Assembly: GCA_031800675.1 (NCBI GenBank)
Contig: DAPKRU010000126.1
Coordinates: 1 to 27,113 of the forward strand
From: Polyangiaceae bacterium LLY-WYZ-15_(1-7)
GTDB taxonomy: Bacteria; Myxococcota_A; Polyangia; Polyangiales; Houyiibacteriaceae
Length of the DNA stretch: 27,113 nucleotides
Direction of reading: 5' to 3'
Below the pieces are notes generated by a model. The model saw only the letters and a program-made list of their open reading frames with translations. It had not been told where the DNA came from and did no database searches. The first letter of the stretch is position 1, and every line of letters starts with the position of its first letter. Of the stretch, positions 1 to 8,905 are shown one piece after another. The translations under genes and the position numbers were made by a program.

Positions 1-397
1 CGCGTCTTCGGCTATCGACGAGGCGGCGAGGTGCCGAGGCCCGACGACGCGCGAACGAGACGGAGGTCGTCGGAGTCGCTGGCAAGGCGCGCGACCGAAA
101 GAGTAGCAGCGCTACTTCGAGGGAGCGCAACGCCGCCAGCGGCTTCGACGGGCCCGTGTCGTCGCGTGGCGTCGGGCCTCGGCACCTCTCTCGCCCCCAG
201 GCCACTCACTCACCGCGCCGGCCACGGGGACCACGGAGGGGGGAGGGGATGGGGCCCGCGGGACCATAGAAGTCGTCCAGGGCGGCGGCTTCAGCCGACG
301 TCCTGGGCGAGCTTCGGAGCGAAGGCGGAACACTCGGCACGAGCCGAGTGTGAGCCGGAGCGGGGTCCCGCGGGCCCCGTCCCCTCCCCCCGTGGCG

Positions 398-461
398 GAC
401 GAGCGGCTGGGGTAGACGAGCAGCAGGCAGACGAGTGACTGGGGTAGACGAGCAGTAGGCG
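398..461 (+). repeat. Two direct copies of a 22-bp motif CTGGGGTAGACGAGCAG(C/T)AGGC spaced 34 bp apart, upstream of the kinase gene
   Basis: Read directly: ctggggtagacgagcagcaggc at 406-427 and ctggggtagacgagcagtaggc at 440-461. Confidence 0.6.
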
Positions 462-505
462 AGCAGGCTGACGTGCTGGCACGCGGACACCTCGACGAGC
501 TGGGT

Positions 506-548
506 GACCTGCGGGCAGGGGCACGGGCAGGGGCACGGGCACGGGCTT
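506..548 (+). repeat. G-rich hexamer tract (CAGGGG/CACGGG)n, G-quadruplex-capable, upstream of kinase start
   Basis: gcaggggcacgggcaggggcacgggcacgggc. It is the reverse complement of the CCCGTG/CCCCTG tracts at 2007-2270. Confidence 0.7.
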
Positions 549-610
549 GGACGTCCGCCTCGTCTCCGCCCGCTCTCGATCCGGACCCGCTCCGTCGTCT
601 ATGCTGCCGG

Positions 611-1993
611 GCGATGCCGGAGCCCCTCGGACGTTACGAGCTCGCCCGGAAGATCGCGACGGGCGGCATGGGCGACGTCTACTTCGCCCACCAGTGGGGC
701 GACGGCGGTTTCGTGCGCCCGAGCGTCGTCAAGCGGCTCCACCCGCACCTCGCCGAGCGCGGCACGGCTCTCGACGACTTCCGCAACGAGGCGAAGCTCC
801 TCGCCCAGCTCACGCACCCGGGCATCCCGCACGTCTACGACTTCCGCTTCCTCGAGGGGCGCTGGTTCATCGCCATGGAGTTCGTGCGCGGCCCCACGCT
901 CGCGGAGGTCCGCCGGGCCGAGGCGAGCATCGGTCGCACCATGCCCTGGAAGGCCGCGCTCAGCGTCGTGCTCCAGCTCTGCGACGTCCTCGCCTACGTG
1001 CACGACCGGCGCGACGACGACTCGGACGAGCCCCTCGGCATCATCCACGGCGACCTCAGCCCGGCGAACGTGATCCTCGGCCGGGACGGCCAGGTGCGCC
1101 TGCTCGACTTCGGGATCGCCGGCAGCGTCGAGCATCGCCGCCAGCAGCGCGAGCGCGAGAAGGGCATCCGCGGGACGCTCGGCTACCTGGCGCCGGAGCA
1201 GATCCGCCACGAGCGCACACCGGACCGGCGCGCCGACGTCTTCGTCCTCGGCGTGCTGCTCTACGAGATGACGACCGGCCAGCGCCTCTTCCCCGGCGAC
1301 GGCCTGAACTTCATGAACGCCGTGCTCGAGCGCGACCCGCGGCCGCCGACCGAGTGGCGCGAGGACTACCCGCGGGAGCTCGAGCGCATCGTGCTCCACA
1401 CGCTGCAGCGCGAGCCCGAGCACCGGCCGGCCTCGACGCGCGAGCTCCAGCATGCGCTCGAGACCTTCGCGAAGGCGAACCAGGTGCCCGTCGGCGAGCG
1501 GGTGATCATCGACTACGCGGAGACCCTCTTCCCGGCGCGCGAGGACGCGCGCGTGACGCCGGGGGAGAAGCCGGGCGGGATGGAGACCGAGTCCATGCCC
1601 GCCGTGCCGATGCCCATGAGCGACGCGCCGCCCGAGGGGACGCTCACCGCCGAGGAGCGCGAGGAGGTGCTGCGCGATCTGCAGGACCTCTTCCCGAGCG
1701 AGGAGCGGGCGCTCGACGACGAGGAGCCCGCCTTCGCGTCCGAGCCGCCGGAGCCCCTGAGCCTCCCGCCGGAGGCGCTCCAGTCGGCGCCCCCGTCCGT
1801 GCAGCCGCCCCCGCCGCCCATCCCACCGACGCCGGTGCCGTCGGCCCCGCACGCGCCGACGCCGACGCCCCCGGCCCCCGAGCCCGAGCCGCCGTCGCAG
1901 ACCCAGACCCGCGCTCGGCGCCCCCCCGGCGAGTCCGAGACCGAGGGCACGCGCGACGCGGGGGTGTACATCTACGTCGCCGAAGACGACTGA
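611..1993 (+). CDS. Eukaryotic-like Ser/Thr protein kinase with an atypical catalytic loop and a Pro/Glu-rich C-terminal tail
   Basis: ORF 473..1993. The kinase core begins MPEPLGRYELARKIATGGMGDVYFA at the ATG at 611. It has VVKRL (VAIK-like), DFGIA and LAPEQ motifs. The catalytic loop reads IHGDLSPANV instead of HRDLKPxN. Confidence 0.8.
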   Translation, partial: AMPEPLGRYELARKIATGGMGDVYFAHQWGDGGFVRPSVVKRLHPHLAERGTALDDFRNEAKLLAQLTHPGIPHVYDFRFLEGRWFIAMEFVRGPTLAEVRRAEASIGRTMPWKAALSVVLQLCDVLAYVHDRRDDDSDEPLGIIHGDLSPANVILGRDGQVRLLDFGIAGSVEHRRQQREREKGIRGTLGYLAPEQIRHERTPDRRADVFVLGVLLYEMTTGQRLFPGDGLNFMNAVLERDPRPPTEWREDYPRELERIVLHTLQREPEHRPASTRELQHALETFAKANQVPVGERVIIDYAETLFPAREDARVTPGEKPGGMETESMPAVPMPMSDAPPEGTLTAEEREEVLRDLQDLFPSEERALDDEEPAFASEPPEPLSLPPEALQSAPPSVQPPPPPIPPTPVPSAPHAPTPTPPAPEPEPPSQTQTRARRPPGESETEGTRDAGVYIYVAEDD

Positions 1994-2320
1994 CCGAGCC
2001 CAAGAACCCGTGCCCGTGCCCGTGCCCCTGCCCCTGCCCGCAGGTCGAAGGGGAGAACGGGCAGTCCGGCTGGAAGCCTCGACCCGAAAAACCCGTGCCC
2101 CTGCCCCTGCCCGCAGGTCGAAGGGGAGAACGGGCAGTCTGGAAGCCTCGACCCGAAAAACCCGTGCCCGTGCCCGTGCCCCTGCCCGTGCCCGCAGGTC
2201 GAAGGGGAGAAAGGGCAGTCCGGCTGGAAGCCTCGACCCAAGAACCCGTGCCCGTGCCCGTGCCCCTGCCCGCAGGTCGAAGGACAGAAAGGGTCGTCCA
2301 GAAGGAAGCCTCGCGCCCAC
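1994..2320. repeat. Four tandem composite repeat units (about 60-90 bp each). Each has a variable (CCCGTG/CCCCTG)n hexamer tract plus a conserved roughly 50-bp core GCAGGTCGAAGGGGAGAACGGGCAGTCCGGCTGGAAGCCTCGACCCGAAAAA
   Basis: Read directly. Units are at about 2007-2090, 2091-2159, 2160-2243 and 2244-2320, with the last core degenerate. The region lies between convergent genes (kinase end 1993, GT2 end 2451). Confidence 0.8.
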
Positions 2321-2384
2321 CCCGTTCCGCCGGGTCCACCGGGGAGGGCGAGCACGATCGCGTCAGGCCCGTCCGGTTCTTCGC

Positions 2385-2420
2385 GGGCACGGGCAGGGGC
2401 ACGGGCAGGGGCACGGGTCG
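2385..2420 (+). repeat. Inverted copy (G-rich) of the hexamer tract: GGCACGGGCAGGGGCACGGGCAGGGGCACGGG
   Basis: Reverse complement of the tract in unit 3 (2160-2193). Potential long-range hairpin or G4. Flanked by short direct repeats cgcgtcagg (2357, 2430) and cgttccgcc (2322, 2419). Confidence 0.65.
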
Positions 2421-2450
2421 TTCCGCCGCGTCAGGCTCGTGCGCCTCTTC

Positions 2451-3509
2451 CTACTTGTAGCGATCCCCGTACATCCGCTCCTGCAAGTCCGTGTACCACC
2501 CCTCGAAGTCCTGGAACGGGAAGAACAGAAACACGGGGATCTGCGCGATCCCGTACGCATAGGCGCGTGCCGTCGGCAGACTGAGCCTCTTCTGCGCCGC
2601 GTCGATGGCCACGTACAGGCTCATGAACTTGGCGAAAGACGCCCCACAGCGCAGGGCCGATCGAACCCGGTTGGGGCTGTGGACCGCGTGGAGCGCCAGC
2701 AGGTTCCGCACCCGGATGGTGTTGACGCGAAAACGGCCGACCTTGCTGTCGTTCCCGTCGGCGTGGAAGAAACCCGCATCCGGAGCCACGAGCAACCGGC
2801 CGAGCTGGGACATGCGATAGGAGAAGTCGCTGTCCTCGTGGGTGGCGTAGTAGCGCAAGAGCTCCGTCCACCCCGACTCCTCGGCGAGCTCGCGACGGAA
2901 GGTCGTGCGCCCCCCGTTCACGAGCCGGCAGGGGAAGACGTTCAGGTGCTCCACGGACTCGGGCACGGGCCCCATGTCCACCGGGTCGTCGTAGGGCACG
3001 AAGTGGCTGCCGAGCGCGAGCTGCTTCTCGACCCACTTCCGCAGCTTGGTGCCCCGCAGCTTGGCGCCGGAGCCTCCCCTTCGAGCGGGCCGAGGACTCC
3101 GCTTTCGTTTCGCGTCGTAGGGGCCCGGCATGAACCGCCCCGTGACCATCGCGATCTCGCGGCGCGTGTCGGCCTCGTACACCTCCATCACGATCTCGGC
3201 GGCATCGGGATAGAGATAGATGTCGTCATCCAGCGAGAACACGACGTCCGAGGTCGCGAGGCGCAAGGCCTGGTTGCGCTGGAAGGTCAGGGACCGCACC
3301 TCGGCCGGCACGTAGACCAATCGGACCTCGTCCCAATGACGCTCGAACTCCGCCACCATGGCTTCGCGGGTGTCCTCCCAGTCGTCCGAGGCATCCACGA
3401 CGACCACCTCGGCGGGCGGGCGTGTCTGACCGAGCGCGTGGCGCAGCGTCTCGACCAGGAAGTGCGGCCGGTTGTAGGTGCAGATCGCGAGCGTCCAGTT
3501 CAACGTCAT
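2451..3509 (-). CDS. Family-2 glycosyltransferase
   Basis: ORF 2451..3563. The likely start is the internal Met (MTLNWTLAICTYNRP...), cat at 3507-3509. It has the typical GT2 N-terminus (CTYNRP, VVVVDASDD, the DDD region). Confidence 0.75.
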   Translation of the reverse strand: MTLNWTLAICTYNRPHFLVETLRHALGQTRPPAEVVVVDASDDWEDTREAMVAEFERHWDEVRLVYVPAEVRSLTFQRNQALRLATSDVVFSLDDDIYLYPDAAEIVMEVYEADTRREIAMVTGRFMPGPYDAKRKRSPRPARRGGSGAKLRGTKLRKWVEKQLALGSHFVPYDDPVDMGPVPESVEHLNVFPCRLVNGGRTTFRRELAEESGWTELLRYYATHEDSDFSYRMSQLGRLLVAPDAGFFHADGNDSKVGRFRVNTIRVRNLLALHAVHSPNRVRSALRCGASFAKFMSLYVAIDAAQKRLSLPTARAYAYGIAQIPVFLFFPFQDFEGWYTDLQERMYGDRYK

Positions 3510-3769
3510 GGGCTTCCCCACTGTCCATCGGAGCTGGAACACGCCCGGGGTGCCCGAACGCACCCGAAGGGGGGCTCCAGCGTGGGAGCTCTCCGCGAGA
3601 CGAGGGCGCCCACGCCGTCATCCAACCGATTCCCCCCACGCCGATGACCATGCCCGACCTTCGCGAGAACGTCGTCACCCGCCTTGGTGAGAAATAGCCG
3701 CACGCTCCAAACGGGAATCTCGTGGAAACCCGCGCCCGACTCGCGCGAGGGGGAGAGTAGGATTCACCC

Positions 3770-4366
3770 ATGCCGGCCAACGAACGCGAGCAGTACACGC
3801 CCCGCCTCGACGACGCCCTCCAGCTCGCCGCCGACGCCTTCCGCAAGCAGGTCCGCAAGGGGAGCGGCATCCCCTACCTCATGCACCTGCTCCAGGTGAT
3901 GGTCACCGTCGGCGAGCACGGCGGCGACGAAGACCAGATGATCGCCGCCGTCCTCCACGACTACCTCGAGGACGTGCCCGAGGCGACGGGGGAGGAGGTC
4001 GAGGCCCGCTTCGGCCCGCGCGTGCGCCGCCTGGTCGAGGCCCTCAGCGACACCGTCGAGACGCCCAAGCCGCCCTGGGAGCCGCGCAAGGTCGCCTACA
4101 TCGAGGCCCTCCGCGCGGAGCCGCCCGAGCTCAAGCTGATCAGCGCCGCCGACAAGCTCCACAACGCGCGCTCGATCCTCCGCGACCTCGGCGAGCTCGG
4201 CGACGCCCTCTGGGACCGCTTCACGGCGAGCAAGGAGCAGTCGCTCTGGTACTACCGGAGCGTCGTCGACGCGCTCGCCGAGGGCTGGAGCCACCCGCTC
4301 GTCGACGAGCTCCGCGCCGTCGTCGAGGCCATGCACCGCGAGGCGGGGGTGGCGCTCGAGCGTTGA
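3770..4366 (+). CDS. HD-domain protein resembling the RelA/SpoT hydrolase domain (small alarmone hydrolase-like)
   Basis: GSGIPYLMHLLQVMVTVGEHGGDEDQMIAAVLHDYLEDV matches the SpoT/Mesh1 HD pattern (PYxxHxLxVA...AALLHDxxEDT). A Shine-Dalgarno-like gggggagag lies upstream. Confidence 0.7.
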   Translation: MPANEREQYTPRLDDALQLAADAFRKQVRKGSGIPYLMHLLQVMVTVGEHGGDEDQMIAAVLHDYLEDVPEATGEEVEARFGPRVRRLVEALSDTVETPKPPWEPRKVAYIEALRAEPPELKLISAADKLHNARSILRDLGELGDALWDRFTASKEQSLWYYRSVVDALAEGWSHPLVDELRAVVEAMHREAGVALER

Positions 4367-4373
4367 ACGCCGA

Positions 4374-4853
4374 ATGCTGCGCGCCGTGCTTCGCCTCTTC
4401 TTCGCCACGATCCTCTCCCTCGCGCTCCTCGCCTGCGGGGACGACGACGCCCCCCTCGACGCCGGTGTCGACGCGGCGGCCGAGGACGGCGGCCCCGACG
4501 CGGGCCGCGACGCCGGTCCGGCGCGCTGCATCCGGGACGCCGACTGCGAAGACGACGTCTTCTGCAACGGCCGCGAGCGCTGTCTCCCGGACGACCTCGC
4601 CGCCGACGACCGCGGCTGCGTGGGGGCCGACGCGCCGGCCTGCGCCGAGGTCGAGACCTGCGACGAGGAGCTCGGCCGCTGCCTGAGCGAGTGCGACCTC
4701 GAGGGGGACGTGGACGACGACGGCGCCGTGTCCATCGCGTGCGGGGGCGCGGACTGCGACGACATGGACGACACCATCTTCCCCGGGGCCGACGAGGTCT
4801 GCGCGGACGAGGTCGATCAGGACTGCGACGATCGCCTCGACGAGGGCTGCTGA
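4374..4853 (+). CDS. Secreted Cys/Asp-rich lipoprotein carrying a Myxococcales-type putative metal-binding cysteine-rich motif
   Basis: Signal peptide with lipobox LALLAC. Acidic Cys-rich body ending GGADCDDMDDTIFPGADEVCADEVDQDCDDRLDEGC, the CxxD..PGA.E.CD..D.DCD..DEGC pattern. Confidence 0.7.
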   Translation: MLRAVLRLFFATILSLALLACGDDDAPLDAGVDAAAEDGGPDAGRDAGPARCIRDADCEDDVFCNGRERCLPDDLAADDRGCVGADAPACAEVETCDEELGRCLSECDLEGDVDDDGAVSIACGGADCDDMDDTIFPGADEVCADEVDQDCDDRLDEGC

Positions 4854-5203
4854 GCTCGAGGAGGTCGCGCGGGCCGGCGCTTCGCGGAGCGCCCCCGGGC
4901 GATTGTCGAGTGTTTTCGGCCCCGCGAGGCGGACGCCGGGCCGGGCCAGCGAGCTCCGCGGGCGCGGGGCGTGGGGCCCCCGTTGCCCACGTCACACCGG
5001 CCGAGTAGGGTCCCCCCTCGCCCGGCGCCCGACCCGCGCCGGGAGCGAAGAGCGGCAGCTGGGGCGCCGAGGCGCACCGCGAGGAAGACCCAGCCGTGGC
5101 TCGCCCGAGGCGGCCGCGAACGAGAGAAGACATCCACACGACGACCCCGCTGGGGGTCGGCCCCGGGCGAGGGGCGGTCATGCGGGGAAGCGAGTAGGAC
5201 GAG

Positions 5204-5731
5204 ATGGCGCGAGAAGGTCTCAACAAGGTGATCCTCATCGGCAACCTCGGGATGGATCCCGAGGTGCAGTACACCCAGAGCGGCATGGCGCGCATGCGCA
5301 TGCGCCTGGCGACGACCGAGTCCTTCGTGAAGCGCTCGGGCGAGCGCGACGAGAAGACGGAGTGGCACACGGTCATCGTCTGGGGGAAGCGCGCCGAGGC
5401 GCTCGGCAAGTTCCTCCAGAAGGGCCGGACGATCTGCGTCGAGGGCTCGATCGAGTACCGCCAGTGGGAGGATCGCGAGGGCAACAAGCGGAACTCCACG
5501 CAGATCCGCGCGCGCAACATCATCCTCCTCGGCGGCGGAGGCGGCGGCGGGCGCCGTGACGACTTCGGCGGCGGCGGCGGCGACTTCGGCGGCGGTGGCG
5601 GCTACGGCGGCGGCGGCGGTGGTGGCGGCGGCTACGGCGGCGGCGGCGGCGGTGGTGGTGGCGGCGGCGGCGGCGGCGGCTTCGACGACTTCCCTGCCGA
5701 CGACTTCGGCGACGACGACATCCCGTTCTGA
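5204..5731 (+). CDS. ssb: Single-stranded DNA-binding protein
   Basis: MAREGLNKVILIGNLGMDPEVQYT...WHTVIVWGKRAE is an OB fold. It has a long Gly-rich linker encoded by a (GGC/GGT)n tract and the canonical acidic tip DDIPF. Confidence 0.93.
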   Translation: MAREGLNKVILIGNLGMDPEVQYTQSGMARMRMRLATTESFVKRSGERDEKTEWHTVIVWGKRAEALGKFLQKGRTICVEGSIEYRQWEDREGNKRNSTQIRARNIILLGGGGGGGRRDDFGGGGGDFGGGGGYGGGGGGGGGYGGGGGGGGGGGGGGGFDDFPADDFGDDDIPF

Positions 5732-5747
5732 GCGGGGCAGCCCACCG

Positions 5748-6830
5748 ATGAGCGGACGCGCGCGAGCACGGTTCGAAGGCATGCGCCTCGATCCCGAGCT
5801 CGCGCGCGTTCTCGATTGGGGCGAGCCGGGCGTCCTCCTGAGCGGCGGCCCCGACCTCGACGGCTGGGAGACCCCCGCCTTCCGCGCCGTGCGCGTCTCC
5901 TGGACCGCCCTGCGCGTCGTTCGCTGGGGGCCGCGCCGCGTGAAGCTCACCTTCGTCGACCGGCGCATCCGCCAGAGCCGGGAGGTGAAGCCGCCCCGGA
6001 GCGCAGGCGCACGCTGGGCGTCTCACGCCCGGGCCTTCGCCGAGGCGGTCGCCGCTCGGACGGAGGCGGAGCTCTGGGAGGAGCAGGGCCGGGCCTTCGA
6101 GGGCGACTGGGAGGGAGGACCGCGCATCGCGTGGAGGGGCGACGTGCTGCGTCTCCCCGTCGAGCGGGAACGCCACTACCAGACCGTGGTGGGCGAGCTC
6201 CTCAGCGGCTCGGCCCCATGGCCGCATACCGACATCCATTGGCGCGAGGTCGAGCACGCCACGCCTGACGACCTCTGGCCGGTCGTCGCGCTGAGCTGGA
6301 GGGAGCGTGGCCATACGCGCGTCGCCTTTCTCGGCCGCGAGGACGACGCCGACTGGGGCGAGCAGATCGAGGCACTCGTCGCCGAGCTCGAGCAGCGCCG
6401 CCCGGGCTCGGTCCGCCGCATGGGCTGGCTCGCGCGGCCGGACCAGCGCTTCGTGCGCTCCGAGCGCTGGCCGACGGACGCCCGCCCCGAGGGGGGCTAC
6501 CGCACCTCGGCCCGCGCCGAGGAGATCGTCGCCCATCGGGAGCCGACGCGCTTCGGTCGCCTGGCGGACGCCATTCGCCGCTGGATCGCCTCCTCGTCGC
6601 TCCCCGAGCCGGGCCCCGAGCGCACCCGCCTCGCTCCGATCGAGGTCGTCCTCACGGCCACGGACCTCGTCGCCCGGGTCGCGGGCGGCGACGTCTTCCG
6701 CATCCCGCGCGCCGCGCTCGTCCGCCGCGAGGGCGAGCGCTGGCTCTTCGGTCGCCGCGCCTGGCTCTACCTCGACCCCCGCGAGGGCTGCCCGGTCGAG
6801 GCCGCCCTCGAAGCCCAGCTCGCCCGCTGA
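5748..6830 (+). CDS. Hypothetical protein (Trp/Arg-rich)
   Basis: Long ORF with plausible composition. The start was chosen at the first ATG after the ssb stop; the ATG at 5778 is an alternative. No recognisable domain. Confidence 0.5.
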   Translation: MSGRARARFEGMRLDPELARVLDWGEPGVLLSGGPDLDGWETPAFRAVRVSWTALRVVRWGPRRVKLTFVDRRIRQSREVKPPRSAGARWASHARAFAEAVAARTEAELWEEQGRAFEGDWEGGPRIAWRGDVLRLPVERERHYQTVVGELLSGSAPWPHTDIHWREVEHATPDDLWPVVALSWRERGHTRVAFLGREDDADWGEQIEALVAELEQRRPGSVRRMGWLARPDQRFVRSERWPTDARPEGGYRTSARAEEIVAHREPTRFGRLADAIRRWIASSSLPEPGPERTRLAPIEVVLTATDLVARVAGGDVFRIPRAALVRREGERWLFGRRAWLYLDPREGCPVEAALEAQLAR

Positions 6831-6864
6831 GCCCGTCGCGCGCCGAGCCCATCCAGGGGCGCCT

Positions 6865-7761
6865 TCACATGCCGTCGGGCAGCCGGATGCGGTTCAGCAG
6901 CAGCCGGGTCAGGAGCGCCGCCTGCGCGCCCGTCAGCGTGAGCTCGCCGAGGAGCGTGCTCTCTTCGCGCCGTAGGGTGATGCTCTCGAGCGCGCTCGCC
7001 AGCCCCGCGAGCGCGAGCACCGGCATCCGCGCGGCCGCCTCGATGCGCCGCTCGGCCATCGCCTTCGCCCGCTCCGCCTGCTCCGCGTCCGGATACGCAC
7101 CGCGAAAGGAGAGCGCCATGGCCGGCGGCGCCTCGCCCTGCGTCGGCGCCACCCGGAGCCGCGCCTCGAAGCGTTCCGGCATCAGGGAGCTCCGGGCGTA
7201 GCGCCGCCGGGAGGGCTCGGCGCGCAGGGCGGCGAGATCCTCGCCCGGTCGCCAGAAGGCCTCGAGCGTCGCGTCGGGGCGCAGCCAGGGGAGGGCGCCC
7301 GGCGCCACGCTCACGACCCGGTGCGGGTGGTCGGCCCGCGCCAGCGGCGGCTCCCGCCAGCCCGGCACCTCGCGCCAGCCGTCTCCCCGCGCGCCCAGGG
7401 GAGCCATCGCGTCGAGCCCCGGCCGCACGTCGTCGTCGTGCGTCGTCACCATCACCCAGTCCCAGCCGAAGGTGACGAGGGCCACGTAGATCGTCTCCGC
7501 CTCGAAGGGGTCGAGGCGCGGGTCGGCGAGGAGCGCCGCGATGTCCGGGCGCCGCTCGCGGTAGTAGCTCTCGGCCTGCGCGAGGGCCGGCGCGCAGGCC
7601 GGGCTCGCCTCGCAGGCGCTCACGTCGACCCAGAGCCGCGAGCCGAGCTCGGGGGGCGCGGGCCAGGTCTGGGGCAGCGGGGCCGGCGCTGGCGTGCGCA
7701 CGGCCACCGGCGCCACCGGCGGCGGCGCGCTCTCGGCGCTGCCGCCGCAGGCCGCCAGCAT
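6865..7761 (-). CDS. Hypothetical protein, possibly a lipoprotein (start unresolved)
   Basis: Minus ORF 6865..8232. Its upstream part is antisense to tlyA and unlikely to be coding. A signal-peptide-like RRAAALAALMLAACGG segment sits near 7740-7790, but no in-frame ATG or GTG is upstream of it. Confidence 0.35.
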   Translation of the reverse strand: MLAACGGSAESAPPPVAPVAVRTPAPAPLPQTWPAPPELGSRLWVDVSACEASPACAPALAQAESYYRERRPDIAALLADPRLDPFEAETIYVALVTFGWDWVMVTTHDDDVRPGLDAMAPLGARGDGWREVPGWREPPLARADHPHRVVSVAPGALPWLRPDATLEAFWRPGEDLAALRAEPSRRRYARSSLMPERFEARLRVAPTQGEAPPAMALSFRGAYPDAEQAERAKAMAERRIEAAARMPVLALAGLASALESITLRREESTLLGELTLTGAQAALLTRLLLNRIRLPDGM

Positions 7762-7820
7762 CAGCGCGGCGAGCGCCGCGGCCCGGCGACCGACGCGCGA
7801 GCTGCTACGCTCGCGCCGCC

Positions 7821-8565
7821 GATGGCGAAGAAGGTCCGGGCCGACGTCCTCCTGCACGAGCGCGGGCTCGCGCCGAGCCGTTCCCGCGCGCAGGCGCTGA
7901 TCCTCGCCGGCAAGGTCTACGTCGGCGAGCAGCGCGTGGAGAAGGCCGGCGAGCGCCTCGCGTCCGACGTCGAGCTCGTCGTGCGCGGCACCGACAACCC
8001 CTACGTCTCCCGCGGGGGCCTCAAGCTCCAGGGCGCCCTCGACGCCTTCGCCCTCGATCCGGCCGGCCTCGTCGCCGCCGACTTCGGCGCCTCCACCGGC
8101 GGCTTCACCGATTGCCTGCTCCAGCGCGGCGCGGCGAAGGTCTACGCGATCGACGTCGGGTACGGTCAGCTGCATCCGAAGCTCCGGAACGACGCACGCG
8201 TCGTCGTCATGGAGCGTACCAACGCGCGCCACCTGAAGGCCGGCGACCTGCCCGATCCCATCGATCTCGTCGTCATCGACGCCTCCTTCATCTCACTCCG
8301 GAAGCTCCTCCCCGCGGCCGTCGCGCTGCTGCGCCCGGGGGGCGAGGTCGTCGCGATGGTGAAGCCGCAGTTCGAGGTCGGCCGCCGCGAGGTCAGCAAG
8401 ACGAGCGGCGTCGTCCGGGACCCGGCGCTCCGCGCGAAGGCCATCGACGCCGTCGCCGCCGAGGCCGCCGCGCTCGGCCTCGAGGAGGTCGCCCGCGCCG
8501 ACGCGCCCATCAAGGGCCCGAAGGGCAACCACGAAGCCTTCCTGCGTCTCCGCGCACGCGCCTGA
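7821..8565 (+). CDS. tlyA: TlyA-family rRNA 2'-O-methyltransferase (hemolysin A family)
   Basis: MAKKVRADVLLHERGLAPSRSRAQALILAGKV is the S4 domain. FtsJ-like methyltransferase motifs (AADFGASTGGFTDCLLQRGA, VIDASFISL) follow. Confidence 0.85.
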
Positions 8566-8831
8566 CTCCGCCGCGCTTCGAAGGGGGCGACGCCGCGCCG
8601 ACTGCCCGCTCGTGGGGCGCGTGTCGATGGGCGGGCCGGGTGGGCGAGGTCCACCCCACGAAGCGGAGGGAGCCCCCGGCGAGAAGAGCTGGCGCCTGCC
8701 GTTCGCGGAGCGGGACGTCGAGCGGATCCCCGGAGCGGATCGCTGGAGGGACTCCGACCCGCGGCGCGGCGCCTCCCGTCCTCGACCGCCGGGGCGGCCT
8801 CACGCAGCCGGCTCGGCGCCGCGGCGATCGA

Positions 8832-8905
8832 GGTCGGGCGCTGGTTCCGGCGCGTGGATTCGAACCACGATTCGCGGATTCAAAGTCCGCTGTCCTGCCA
8901 TTAGA
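8832..8905 (-). tRNA. tRNA-Gln (anticodon TTG)
   Basis: Acceptor TCCGGCG/CGCCGGA pairs 7/7. T-arm CGTGG-TTCGAAT-CCACG. Anticodon arm GCGGA-CTTTGAA-TCCGC. CCA is encoded. Confidence 0.8.

Noticed and set aside
1994-2450. Possible CRISPR array (regular repeats with intervening variable segments)
   Set aside because: The conserved part is about 50 bp and the variable parts are just hexamer microsatellite tracts (CCCGTG/CCCCTG)n rather than unique spacers. There are no cas genes nearby. Treated as a composite tandem repeat.
547-2460. 637-aa plus-strand ORF and 573-aa minus-strand ORF (599-2320) overlapping the kinase gene
   Set aside because: These are alternative frames or antisense of the clearly conserved kinase frame. 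High GC produces long stop-free frames. Arg/Ala/Pro-dominated low-complexity translations.
3764-5968. Minus-strand ORFs 3764-4777, 4252-5523 and 4817-5968 (337-423 aa)
   Set aside because: Antisense to the HD hydrolase, Cys-rich lipoprotein and ssb. Arg/Pro/Ser-rich translations typical of GC-bias artefacts.
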